Origin: Polyangia bacterium
Lineage (GTDB): Bacteria; Myxococcota_A; Polyangia; JACRCY01
Length of the DNA stretch: 64,000 nucleotides
Assembly: GCA_036504295.1 (NCBI GenBank)
Contig: DASXVK010000718.1
Location: 339-64,338 of the forward strand
Direction: 5' to 3'
The notes beneath the pieces were generated by a model that was not told the origin of the DNA, made no database searches, and was given only the letters and a program-made list of their open reading frames with translations. The position numbers and the translations under genes were made by a program. Below, piece after piece: positions 56,701-64,000 of this stretch (positions within the stretch are counted from its first letter, which is position 1; each line of letters opens with the position of its first letter).

Positions 56701-59700
56701 TGGCGACGAGCGCACGGCGGTGCGCGGCTACTACCCGAACTGGGGCAGCTACATCGTCGGCCTGGCCGCCTACGAGAACGTCTACGCCGGCATCGGCACC
56801 GGCGGCGAGCTCGTCAAGCAGAGCCTCTACGAGTACGACGCGAACACCACCTACGCCGCGGCGCCCACGGTCGGCAACATGGCCCGCGTCAAGATGTGGG
56901 ACAGCTCGACCAGCGGCTACTCGACGACGAGCAGCACGTACGACCAGTGGGGCAACCGGATCTCGCAGACGGACCAGGTCGGCAACACGACCACCTTCTC
57001 GTTCGATCCGACCTACCACCTCTATAACATGGCGAGCTGCAGCCCCCTCGGTCACTGCTCCAGCCGGAGCTGGGACGCGGTGCTCGGCGTGCGCAGCGCC
57101 GAGACCGACGTCAACGGCTACACCACGACCTGGGCCCACGACGCCTTCGGCCGCGTCACGCAGGAGACGCTGGCGAACGGCAACGTCTCGACCCACCAGT
57201 ACCTCGACTGGGGCAACCCGTCGTATCAGCGCACGCGCAGCACGATCTGGGACGGCACCAGCGACGGGCAGTGGGAGGAGACCTACCAGGACGGCATCGG
57301 CCGCAAGTACCGGGTGGCGAAGAAGGCGCCGGCGGCGAGCCCGGCCACCTGCTACGACACCTGTTACCAGACCTGTTACGACCAGTGCTACGACAGCTGC
57401 GCGGGGACGTACTACAACTGCAACCCGCACAGCTGCAACCCGTACAGCTGCAACCCGCACGCGTGCGGCGGCACCGCCGCCGGCGTCCTCACGAAGGACA
57501 CGATCTTCTCCGACGCCTCGAGCCGCGTGTGGAAGCAGTCGGCGTGGTACGCCGCCGGCGAGACGCCGAAGTACGAGCTGTACGCGTACGACGGCGCGGG
57601 CCGGCTGCGCACCGTCACGCACCCGGACGGCGCCGCGGCGCAGCGCTACTACGGCAACGGCTACGTCCTCGACTACGACGAGCTCGGCCACGAGCGCGTG
57701 GTGTGGAAGGACGCGTTCGGCCGCGTCTCGCAGATCCGCGAGCGCAACGCCGGCGCCTACGCCTACACGACCAAGCAGTTCGACGTGCTCGGCCGCCTGC
57801 TGCGCCAGGTCGACGCGGCCGGCAACGTGACCACCGCGGCCTACGACTCCCTCGGCCGCAAGTACAGCGAGTGCACGCCCGACACCGGCTGCACGAGCTA
57901 CGCCTACGACGCCGCCGGCCGGCTGCTCCGGCAGACCGACGCCAAGGGCCAGACCATCACCCACACCTACGACGCCCTCAACCGCATCAAGACGCGCGCG
58001 ACGGCGACCGAGAACGCGGTCTTCACCTACGACGAGGCGGGTTACGGCGCGAGCAAGGGCCACCTCACGACCGTGACCACCGGCAGCACGTCGGAGAGCA
58101 ACACCTACGACTTCGCCGGCCGGGTCGTCGCCTCCACCCGGTGCGTCGCGGGCATCTGCTACACCATCGGGCGCGCCTACGACGCCGCCGGGCGGCTCGC
58201 GAGCGTCACCTACCCGGACGGCGAGGTCGTCACCTACGGCTACGACGCGACCTCGCGCCTCACGAGCGTCAGCGGCTACGTCACGTCGATGACCTACGAC
58301 GCCCGCGGCCACCTCGTCGGCGCGGCGTACGCCAACGGCACGACCGGCAGCTTCGCCTACGACGCGAACCGGCAGTGGCTGACGAGCGCGGCGTGGAACG
58401 GCCCCGCGGGCGCGCTCTTCCAGGCGAGCTACGGCTACGACGCCGACGCCCACCTCGTCTCGATGGCCTCGACGACGAACCCGCTCGCGACCGCGACCTT
58501 CGGCTACGACGAGCTGAACCGCCTCACGAGCGTCAGCGGCGGCCAGAGCCACAGCTTCGCCTACGACTGGCTCGGCAACATCACGAGCAACTCGGCCGTC
58601 GGCGCGTACGCCTACGGCGACGCCGCGCACCGTCACGCGGTGACCGCCGCGGGCACGAACGCCTACGCCTACGACGCGAACGGCAACATGGTCTCGGGCG
58701 CGGGCCGCACCATCGCCTGGGACGCGCACAACCGGCCCGTGGGCGTCACGAAGAACGGCCAGACCACGACCTACGCCTACGACGCCCTCGGCGCGCGCGT
58801 CATGAAGAGCGGCCCGGCCGGCACCTCGTACTACTTCGGCTCGCTGCTCGAGGTGAGCGGCGGCAGCCTGGTGAAGTACTACTTCGCCGGGCCCATGCTC
58901 GTCGCCAAGCGCGACGCCACCGGGCCGTACTGGTACCACCAGGACCACCTGTCGTCGGTGCGCGTCCTCACGAACGCGTCCGGCCTGAAGGTGCGCGGCT
59001 ACGACTTCGCGCCCTACGGCGAGCAGGTCGCCACGAGCGGCGCGACCAGCAACACGGTCGGGTGGGGCGGCCACCGGCTCGACGACGAGAGCGGGCTCGT
59101 CTACATGAACGCCCGCTACTACGACCCGCAGCTCGGCCGCTTCCTCTCGGCGGACTCGGTCGTGCCCGACGAGGTGAACCCGCAGGCGCTCAACCGCTAC
59201 GCCTTCGCCTACAACAACCCGATCTCGAACACCGACCCGACCGGCCACGTGCCCGTCGTCGCGGCCATCATCGTCGTCGCCACGGTCGCGGCCTCGACCG
59301 CGCCCGCCTGGGTCCTCGCGGTGGCCGTCATCGGCGCCGCCTGCACCATCGCCGGGTACGTCCTCAAGGACCCGCTGCTGATGACGCTCGGCAGCATCGC
59401 GCTCGGCTTCGCCGGCGGGTTCGTGGGCGGGGCCGGGTTCCTCGCCGGGCCGGGGATGGCCGGAGGCATCGTCTCAGCCACCGTGGCGGCGATCACGTCG
59501 CCGCTGAGCCCGCTCGATCCGGGGATCAAGCAAGCCATCGGCTGGATCTACACCGCCCAGGGCCTCATCTTCACGGCGAAGAAGTTCCTGTCGCAGGAGC
59601 GGGACCTCGAGGGCTGCGGCGGGGCGAAGGAAGGCCGGTCGGCGGCGAGCGCGGCGGAGGCCAAGGCGAAGGTCGACCAGCTGCTCAAGGATCACCCGGG

Positions 59701-60181
59701 TGGCGTCGACGCGAAGCTCGTCTACGGCGACATCATGTCGAGCGACACGGCGACCAAGGTCGGCCTGCAGCACTCGACCGTCGGCCTCTACGACCACCAG
59801 ACCGGCGAGTGGCTCGGCGAGATCGGCGGCAACCCCGGCGGCTCGGGCCTCTACCTCGGCGGCGTCGAGCCCGGCCACGCGAACTACATGTGGTCGATCT
59901 CGAACGTCTCGAAGGACCAGCTCTACCGCGCCATCGACGCGGCCTACTCGGTGCGCGACTCGCTGGGCGGCTACGGCCAGAACTGGGTGTGCCACAACGT
60001 GGCGGCCCGCATCTCGCGCGAGCTCGGCAAGGCGTACGACTGGTCCCTGGTCGGCGGCGGCGAGGCGGCCTGGGCCGAGTTCGGCTACGGCCGCCGGTAC
60101 TGGGGCTGGAACTGGAGCGCCGGCAGCGGCCTGAACGCGCTCCTCATGCTCGGCAAGGGCGCGGCCGCGGTCCAGGACTGA
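53711..60181 (+). CDS. Secreted SpvB-domain + FG-GAP-like propeller + RHS/YD-repeat cocoon protein (TcB-TcC-like fusion) with a C-terminal cargo domain
   Basis: ATG 53711 follows GGGAGG, with signal peptide MRHRQGIASTATTLLVALALTGSAPPAAAQG. The SpvB-like part includes VKLVYSSTGGNGMAGVGWSV. Seven FNGDGK-type repeats follow, then a TcdB-mid-like YRYEGGLWSNAERRFLGFRKV and many YD repeats (YDAAGRL, YDALGR, YDANGN). The RHS core ends YYDPQLGRFLSADS...NPISNTDPTGH and is followed by 310 more residues. Confidence 0.9.
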   Translation: MRHRQGIASTATTLLVALALTGSAPPAAAQGSVDSYYGSFATEVPIAVPEFHGLAPDVKLVYSSTGGNGMAGVGWSVTGSSYIARASAGKGVPRYDGGDIFFLDGQELVPCGTLGGTHCTKMQSFQRITWDGGANAWYVWRKDGTKATYTALNQTAQGTFRWALARVQDPRGNAVTYGYWCDGGNECYLETISYNGTTITFFREGRPDPVTYAIGGSTTCYDTCYDTCYSQCCAGYDKYGSCSSWYDCNPVQCNAHQCNPHACPGQGMGKVNYRLRSIFVWMPGVSHVRAYRLSYGQDALGQSLLTNVQQYGRDVTHDGAGLINGGSALPATSMGYESGGFSFAGGSMGWPTGGYVSIDRDTTGDQRDGGIAFADFNGDGKLDIVWSMWECSGWFGGGCAAHNEILINTGSGFVPGPSWPTSGYLSIDKDSSGNQQDGGVRLLDLNGDGKTDIVWSLYKCNGWYGSGCAGYNEVWLSTGNGFVRGPNLPTGGYVSMDKGGGQTVDGGVRFADINGDGLPDLVWSMWECTGWYGDGCQAHNEIWLNTGNGWTPGPGWPTSGYISIDRGGGDQRDGGVRLVDMNGDGKADVVWSLYKCNSGWYGAGCAGYNEIWLSTGSGWVAGPTWPTAGYVSMDGDSTGNQQDGGIRFADINGDGKMDIVWSLWECRDGWYGAGCSGHNEIWLNAGNFFTPGPAWPSGGYMAIDGWNGYVQDGGMRLVDLNGDGKADLVWSMWECTGWYGAGCQAHNEVWLSTGTGFASGPGWPTAGYIALDRGNGEMRDGGIRFVDINGDGKQDLVWSMWKCNGWFEGGCAAHNQIILGAGGRDLMTSMTNNAGGTTDVTYVPSTAWANTAMPAGLVLQTVASVRTGDGRTASSTASYRYEGGLWSNAERRFLGFRKVTAVLDAAGNYTETYYHQHVGCISKPEATYFRDAAGNIFSYSTYGYQENGAPPYTSLLTDRWDYECNQSGSCKRVVTQLGYDGYGNATTTYEYGDYDASGDERTAVRGYYPNWGSYIVGLAAYENVYAGIGTGGELVKQSLYEYDANTTYAAAPTVGNMARVKMWDSSTSGYSTTSSTYDQWGNRISQTDQVGNTTTFSFDPTYHLYNMASCSPLGHCSSRSWDAVLGVRSAETDVNGYTTTWAHDAFGRVTQETLANGNVSTHQYLDWGNPSYQRTRSTIWDGTSDGQWEETYQDGIGRKYRVAKKAPAASPATCYDTCYQTCYDQCYDSCAGTYYNCNPHSCNPYSCNPHACGGTAAGVLTKDTIFSDASSRVWKQSAWYAAGETPKYELYAYDGAGRLRTVTHPDGAAAQRYYGNGYVLDYDELGHERVVWKDAFGRVSQIRERNAGAYAYTTKQFDVLGRLLRQVDAAGNVTTAAYDSLGRKYSECTPDTGCTSYAYDAAGRLLRQTDAKGQTITHTYDALNRIKTRATATENAVFTYDEAGYGASKGHLTTVTTGSTSESNTYDFAGRVVASTRCVAGICYTIGRAYDAAGRLASVTYPDGEVVTYGYDATSRLTSVSGYVTSMTYDARGHLVGAAYANGTTGSFAYDANRQWLTSAAWNGPAGALFQASYGYDADAHLVSMASTTNPLATATFGYDELNRLTSVSGGQSHSFAYDWLGNITSNSAVGAYAYGDAAHRHAVTAAGTNAYAYDANGNMVSGAGRTIAWDAHNRPVGVTKNGQTTTYAYDALGARVMKSGPAGTSYYFGSLLEVSGGSLVKYYFAGPMLVAKRDATGPYWYHQDHLSSVRVLTNASGLKVRGYDFAPYGEQVATSGATSNTVGWGGHRLDDESGLVYMNARYYDPQLGRFLSADSVVPDEVNPQALNRYAFAYNNPISNTDPTGHVPVVAAIIVVATVAASTAPAWVLAVAVIGAACTIAGYVLKDPLLMTLGSIALGFAGGFVGGAGFLAGPGMAGGIVSATVAAITSPLSPLDPGIKQAIGWIYTAQGLIFTAKKFLSQERDLEGCGGAKEGRSAASAAEAKAKVDQLLKDHPGGVDAKLVYGDIMSSDTATKVGLQHSTVGLYDHQTGEWLGEIGGNPGGSGLYLGGVEPGHANYMWSISNVSKDQLYRAIDAAYSVRDSLGGYGQNWVCHNVAARISRELGKAYDWSLVGGGEAAWAEFGYGRRYWGWNWSAGSGLNALLMLGKGAAAVQD
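54758..56179. repeat. Seven tandem 68-70-codon coding repeats (propeller blades)
   Basis: Repeat starts are at track-ORF residues 390, 459, 528, 596, 665, 735 and 803. Each has WPT.GY.S.D......DGG.R..D.NGDGK.D.VWS...C.GW.G.GC..(H/Y)NE. Confidence 0.8.
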
Positions 60182-60202
60182 CCCACCCCTGAGGAGCTGT
60201 CA

Positions 60203-60244
60203 GCGGGCGGCGGGCCTACGGGGGGCTCCCGCCCGCGTCTTTTG
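60203..60244 (+). terminator. Rho-independent-type terminator after the RHS gene
   Basis: GCGGGCGG (60203..60210) pairs with CCGCCCGC (60229..60236) and is followed by GTCTTTTG. It begins 22 nt after the stop codon. Confidence 0.55.
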
Positions 60245-60306
60245 TCCGCGGCCTCACCCGCCCACCCGCGCGTGCACGCGCTGCCCCTCTGGGGTATCCT
60301 GACACG

Positions 60307-61398
60307 ATGGGGACCGCCTCCGGAGGCGCGCTGCTCGCCGGCAAGTACGAGCTCGTCGAGCCCGCCGGCGCGGGCGGGATGGCGACGGTGTGGCGCGGCC
60401 AGATGCACGGCGCGGCCGGGTTCGTGCGGCCGGTCGCGGTCAAGCGCATCCGGCCCGAGCTGCTCATGGCGCCGGACTTCGTCGTGATGTTCGTCGAGGA
60501 GGCGCGGCTCGGGTCGCAGCTCCTGCACTCGAACATCGCGCAGGTGTACGACTTCGAGCAGGAGGACGACGGCGCCTACTTCCTGGTGATGGAGTGGGTC
60601 GAGGGCATCGACCTCCGGCGCTACGTGCGCACCTACGCCGAGGGCGGGCAGCGCACGCCGTGGCCGCTCGTCACCGCGGTCGCCGTCGAGACGCTGCGCG
60701 GCCTGGGCGCGGCCCACGAGCGCGTCGACCCGCTCGGCCAGCGGGCGCCGGTCATCCACCGCGACGTGACGCCCCAGAACATCCTGCTCGGCACGAACGG
60801 GCTCGTGAAGCTCACCGACTTCGGGCTCGCGCGGGCCATGGACCGCGCCCGCACCACCCACCCCGACATCGTCAAGGGCAAGCTCGCCTACCTCGCCCCC
60901 GAGGTCGCGAACGGCCAGCCGGCGACGGTGCAGAGCGACCTCTTCAGCCTGGGCGTGGTGCTGTGGGAGGGCCTGGCCGGGCGGCCGCTGTACCACGGCG
61001 TCACCGACATCGAGGTGCTGCTCAAGGTGCGCGCCGTCGACGTGCCGCCGCTCACCGCCGTGCGCGACGACCTGCCGCCCGAGCTCTGCGCGGCGGTCGC
61101 GCGCGCGCTCGCGCCGCAGCCCGCGGACCGCTTCGGCTCGGCGCGCGAGCTCCTGCGCACGCTGACGCGGATCCTGCGCGGGGTCAGCCACTCGACCGAT
61201 TCATACGCGCTCGCGCACAGCGTGATCGAGGCGCGCTGCATCCTCGGCGCGCCGCCGCGCGACATCTTCGTCCCCCCGCCGGCGGCCACGCCGCCGCCGG
61301 TGCCGCCCCCGCGGCGCCGCGTGTCGCACACCGACCCCGTGATCGCGACCGACCGCGTGCTCGACAGCCTCCTCGGCCGGCCCGGGCGCAAGCGCTAG
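60307..61398 (+). CDS. Eukaryote-like Ser/Thr protein kinase (kinase domain plus a short Pro-rich tail)
   Basis: It has a Gly-rich loop (GAGGMATVW), VAVK, the catalytic loop HRDVTPQNILL, DFGLAR and APE (LAYLAPE). Confidence 0.9.
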   Translation: MGTASGGALLAGKYELVEPAGAGGMATVWRGQMHGAAGFVRPVAVKRIRPELLMAPDFVVMFVEEARLGSQLLHSNIAQVYDFEQEDDGAYFLVMEWVEGIDLRRYVRTYAEGGQRTPWPLVTAVAVETLRGLGAAHERVDPLGQRAPVIHRDVTPQNILLGTNGLVKLTDFGLARAMDRARTTHPDIVKGKLAYLAPEVANGQPATVQSDLFSLGVVLWEGLAGRPLYHGVTDIEVLLKVRAVDVPPLTAVRDDLPPELCAAVARALAPQPADRFGSARELLRTLTRILRGVSHSTDSYALAHSVIEARCILGAPPRDIFVPPPAATPPPVPPPRRRVSHTDPVIATDRVLDSLLGRPGRKR

Positions 61399-61451
61399 CG
61401 GCGCGGCGCCGGCCCATTGCGGTCATCGCCAGCGGGTGTATCGTCGGGGGC

Positions 61452-62504
61452 ATGGCGACAGTCACGGTCCTCGGCGCGGGCATGATGGGCACCGCGCTGT
61501 GCACGCCGCTCGCCGACGCCGGGCACGAGGTCCGGCTGGTGGGTACGCACCTCGACGGCGCGCTGATCGCGGCCATGAAGGCGGACGGCGTGCACCCGAA
61601 GCTCAAGCTGCCGCTGCCCGCGCGGGTCACGCCCTTCGCCCTCGAGGAGCTCGCCGCGGCGATGGCGGGCGTCGACTTCGTCGGCGTGGGCGTGAGCTCG
61701 GCGGGCGTGCGCTGGGCGGCGCGCACGCTCGCGCCGCACCTCGCGCCCGGGACGCCCGTCCTCGCCGTGACCAAGGGGCTCGAGGAGGCGCCGCCCGGTG
61801 AGCTCCGGGTGCTGCCCGACGTCTTCCACGCCGAGCTGCCCGCGTCGCTGCGGGCCACGATCGCGCCGGCGGCCATCGGCGGCCCCTGCATCGCCGGCGA
61901 GATCGCGCGGCGCGTGCCGACGGGTGTCGTCTTCACCGGCCGCGACCGCGCCGTGCTCGAGCGGCTCGCGGCCGCCTGCGCGGCGCCGTACTACCACGTC
62001 CGCGTCTCGACCGACGTCGTCGGCGTCGAGGCGTGCGCGGCGCTCAAGAACGCGTACGCGATGGCGGCGGGGATCGGCGCCGGGGTGCACGAGCGCGCGG
62101 GCGGCCAGCCCGGCCCCGTCGCGCACCACAACTACGAGGCGGCCGTCTTCGCCCAGGCCTGCCTCGAGATGGACCGGCTCGTGCGCGCGCTCGGCGGCGA
62201 CCCGGCGCAGGTGCCGCACCTGGCCGGCGCCGGCGACCTCCTCGTCACCACGAGCGGCGGGCGCTCGAGCCGCCTCGGGCGCCTGCTCGGCCTGGGGCTC
62301 TCCTTCGCGGAGGCGCGGGCCCGCATGGCCGGCGACACGCTCGAGAGCGCCGACACCGTCGCGGTCGTGGGCGGGGCGCTGCCGCGCCTCTGCGCGCGCG
62401 GGGCGCTCGCGGCGGGCGCGCTGCCGCTGATGGAGCACCTCCACGAGGTGATCGTCCTCGGCCGCCCGGTCGCGATGCCCTTCGCGCGCTTCTTCCGCGA
62501 CTAG
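61452..62504 (+). CDS. NAD(P)H-dependent glycerol-3-phosphate dehydrogenase family protein
   Basis: This is the last 350 aa of track ORF 60390..62504. It has a Rossmann fold (VTVLGAGMMGTAL) and GPCIAGEIA, ACAALKNAYA and LLVTTSGGRS motifs, as in GpsA-like enzymes. Confidence 0.75.
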   Translation: MATVTVLGAGMMGTALCTPLADAGHEVRLVGTHLDGALIAAMKADGVHPKLKLPLPARVTPFALEELAAAMAGVDFVGVGVSSAGVRWAARTLAPHLAPGTPVLAVTKGLEEAPPGELRVLPDVFHAELPASLRATIAPAAIGGPCIAGEIARRVPTGVVFTGRDRAVLERLAAACAAPYYHVRVSTDVVGVEACAALKNAYAMAAGIGAGVHERAGGQPGPVAHHNYEAAVFAQACLEMDRLVRALGGDPAQVPHLAGAGDLLVTTSGGRSSRLGRLLGLGLSFAEARARMAGDTLESADTVAVVGGALPRLCARGALAAGALPLMEHLHEVIVLGRPVAMPFARFFRD

Positions 62505-62507
62505 GCC

Positions 62508-64000
62508 ATGCGGGACGCGCCGCTCGTCGTCGGCCTCGACTGCTCGACCCACGGCGCCAAGGCCGTGGCCTTCGGGCTCGACGGCGCGCCCGCGGCCGAG
62601 GGGCGCGCGGGCTTCGACCTGCTGACGCCCGCCCCGGGCTGGTACGAGCAGCGCGCGGCCGAGTGGGAGCGCGCGGCGCTCGACGCGCTCGCCGCGATCG
62701 GGGCCGCCGCCGGCCCGCGCGTGCGCGCGATCGGGATCACGCACCAGCGCGAGACCTTCGTGCCGGTCGACGCGGCGGGGGGCGCGCTGCGCGCCGCGAT
62801 CGTGTGGATGGACGAGCGCGCCTTCGCCGAGGTGGAGGCGCTGCGCGCGGCCCTCGGCGAGGACCGCTTCCACGCGATCACCGGCAAGCCGCTCGCGATG
62901 ACGCCGTCGGTGACGAAGATCCTGTGGCTGCGCGCGCACGAGCCGGCGGTGTTCGCGGCGGCGGCGCGGTGGCTCGACGTGGGCGGGTACCTCGCCCGCG
63001 CGCTCACCGGCGCCGACGTGACCTCGGTCGGCTCCGCCGAGCCGATGGGGCTCGTCGACCTGCGCGCCGGGCGCTGGAGCGACGCGGTCCTCGCCGCGGC
63101 CGGCCTCGCCGCGGACCGCCTGCCCGCGCTGCTGCCCGTGGGCGCCGTCGCCGGCGGCCTCACCCCCGCGGCGGCCGCGCGCACGGGCCTGGCCGCGGGC
63201 ACGCCGGTCGTCGTCACGGCGGGCGACGGCCAGGTCGCGGCGCTCGGCGCGCAGGTCTTCGGGCTCGAGCGCGCCTACCTCAACCTGGGGACCGCGATCG
63301 TCGCGGGCACGGTGGCCGGGGAGTACCGCACCGATCGCGCCTTCCGCACCATGGCCGGCGCGCTGCCCGGCACCTTCCTCCTCGAGAGCGACCTCAAGGG
63401 CGGCACCTTCACCCTCGACTGGCTGCGCGAGCGGGTGCTCGGCGGCGCGGCGCTCGCCGACCTCGAGGCCGCGGCCGCGGCCGTGCCCGCCGGCAGCGAG
63501 GGCCTGGTGCTCGTGCCCTACCTCGCGACCGTGATGAACCCGTACTGGGACGACGCCGCGAGCGGCATCCTCGTCGGGCTGCGCGGCGCGCACGGCCCCG
63601 GGCACCTCATGCGGGCGGCGCTCGAGGGCATCGCGCTCGAGGAGCGGCTGCACTTGGACCTCATCGGCGCGGCCGCGGGGCAGCGCATCGCCGCGGTGCA
63701 CGTCCTCGGCGGCGGCGCGGCGAGCGACCTCTGGTGCCAGATCCTCGCCGACGCCCTCGACCGTCCGGTCACGCGCGCCCGCACGACCGAGGCCACGGCG
63801 CTCGGCGCCGCGATGCTGGCCGCGGCGGGCGCGGGGCTCGCGCCCTCGGCGCGCGGCGCCGCGGAGCGCATGGGCGGGGCGGGGCGCGCCTTCACGCCGG
63901 GGCCGGCGGCGCCCCGCTATGCGCGCCTCTTCGAGGAGGTGTATCGTGGGCTGTACCCGGCGCTGCGCGACGCGCTCGGGCGGCTCGCGGCCTTCACGCG
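62508..64000 (+). CDS. FGGY-family carbohydrate kinase (xylulokinase/glycerol kinase-like); the 3' end runs off the window
   Basis: It is not in the track because there is no in-window stop. ATG 62508 reads MRDAPLVVGLDCSTHGAKAVAF...GITHQRETFVPVD...VWMDERA...GGGAASDLWCQILADAL and stays open to the window end. Confidence 0.8.
   Translation, partial: MRDAPLVVGLDCSTHGAKAVAFGLDGAPAAEGRAGFDLLTPAPGWYEQRAAEWERAALDALAAIGAAAGPRVRAIGITHQRETFVPVDAAGGALRAAIVWMDERAFAEVEALRAALGEDRFHAITGKPLAMTPSVTKILWLRAHEPAVFAAAARWLDVGGYLARALTGADVTSVGSAEPMGLVDLRAGRWSDAVLAAAGLAADRLPALLPVGAVAGGLTPAAAARTGLAAGTPVVVTAGDGQVAALGAQVFGLERAYLNLGTAIVAGTVAGEYRTDRAFRTMAGALPGTFLLESDLKGGTFTLDWLRERVLGGAALADLEAAAAAVPAGSEGLVLVPYLATVMNPYWDDAASGILVGLRGAHGPGHLMRAALEGIALEERLHLDLIGAAAGQRIAAVHVLGGGAASDLWCQILADALDRPVTRARTTEATALGAAMLAAAGAGLAPSARGAAERMGGAGRAFTPGPAAPRYARLFEEVYRGLYPALRDALGRLAAFT

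Noticed and set aside
53777-59248. 1823-aa minus-strand ORF opposite the RHS gene, and + frame ORF 57271..60192.
   Set aside because: The translations are low-complexity Arg/Ala/Gly/Val. The RHS frame has clear SpvB, FG-GAP, YD-repeat and RHS-core motifs.
60307-61398. The Ser/Thr kinase downstream of the RHS gene as its immunity protein.
   Set aside because: It is a complete, ordinary Hanks-type kinase, separated from the toxin gene by a terminator-like structure. It has none of the features of small cognate immunity proteins.

Overview
This is a very GC-rich (about 70%) bacterial chromosomal window. The gene content suggests a myxobacterium-like organism (inference): an ECF sigma/anti-sigma pair, a sigma-54-type promoter, a eukaryote-like Ser/Thr kinase, a PilZ protein, many lipoproteins and a choice-of-anchor-D mega-protein. 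Stop codons are rare, so most of the longest track ORFs are antisense or out-of-frame shadows. I called genes only where the translation is recognisable or protein-like. Start codons were placed by counting residues against the ORF track.

Housekeeping blocks:
- sucA-sucB-lpdA (12.6-18.3 kb).
- A deoxynucleoside kinase plus an M16 peptidase pair (28.3-31.8 kb).
- An HD hydrolase, a SYLF protein, a C69 dipeptidase and a YceH-like protein (32.2-36.4 kb).
- A hybrid histidine kinase with a flavoprotein pair (40.3-44.7 kb).
- A thioester alpha-2-macroglobulin plus Lnt (44.9-53.1 kb).
- A Ser/Thr kinase, a G3P-dehydrogenase-like gene and an FGGY kinase (60.3-64 kb).

Unusual content:
- A 2156-aa Sec-signal SpvB + propeller + RHS (TcB-TcC-like) fusion toxin (53.7-60.2 kb). 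It has two Cys-rich insert modules, a hydrophobic + His/Cys cargo, a sigma-54-like promoter and its own terminator. It has no adjacent immunity gene and no TcA gene in the window.
- A 2464-aa lipoprotein made of 20 choice-of-anchor-D-like domains, including a duplicated 7-domain block. A PilZ gene lies upstream, and its 3' end abuts a truncated def relic.
- A solitary RAYT-like transposase, plus REP-like hairpins at two loci, one set bracketing an ORF6N gene.
- A low-GC Imm11-like orphan and a vapBC pair.
- An orphan Eco57I/TaqI-type methyltransferase with no canonical start near the point where its frame opens.
- Two lipoprotein genes sharing a duplicated promoter/signal cassette, directly downstream of the ECF pair.

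No rRNA, tRNA or CRISPR array was recognised.
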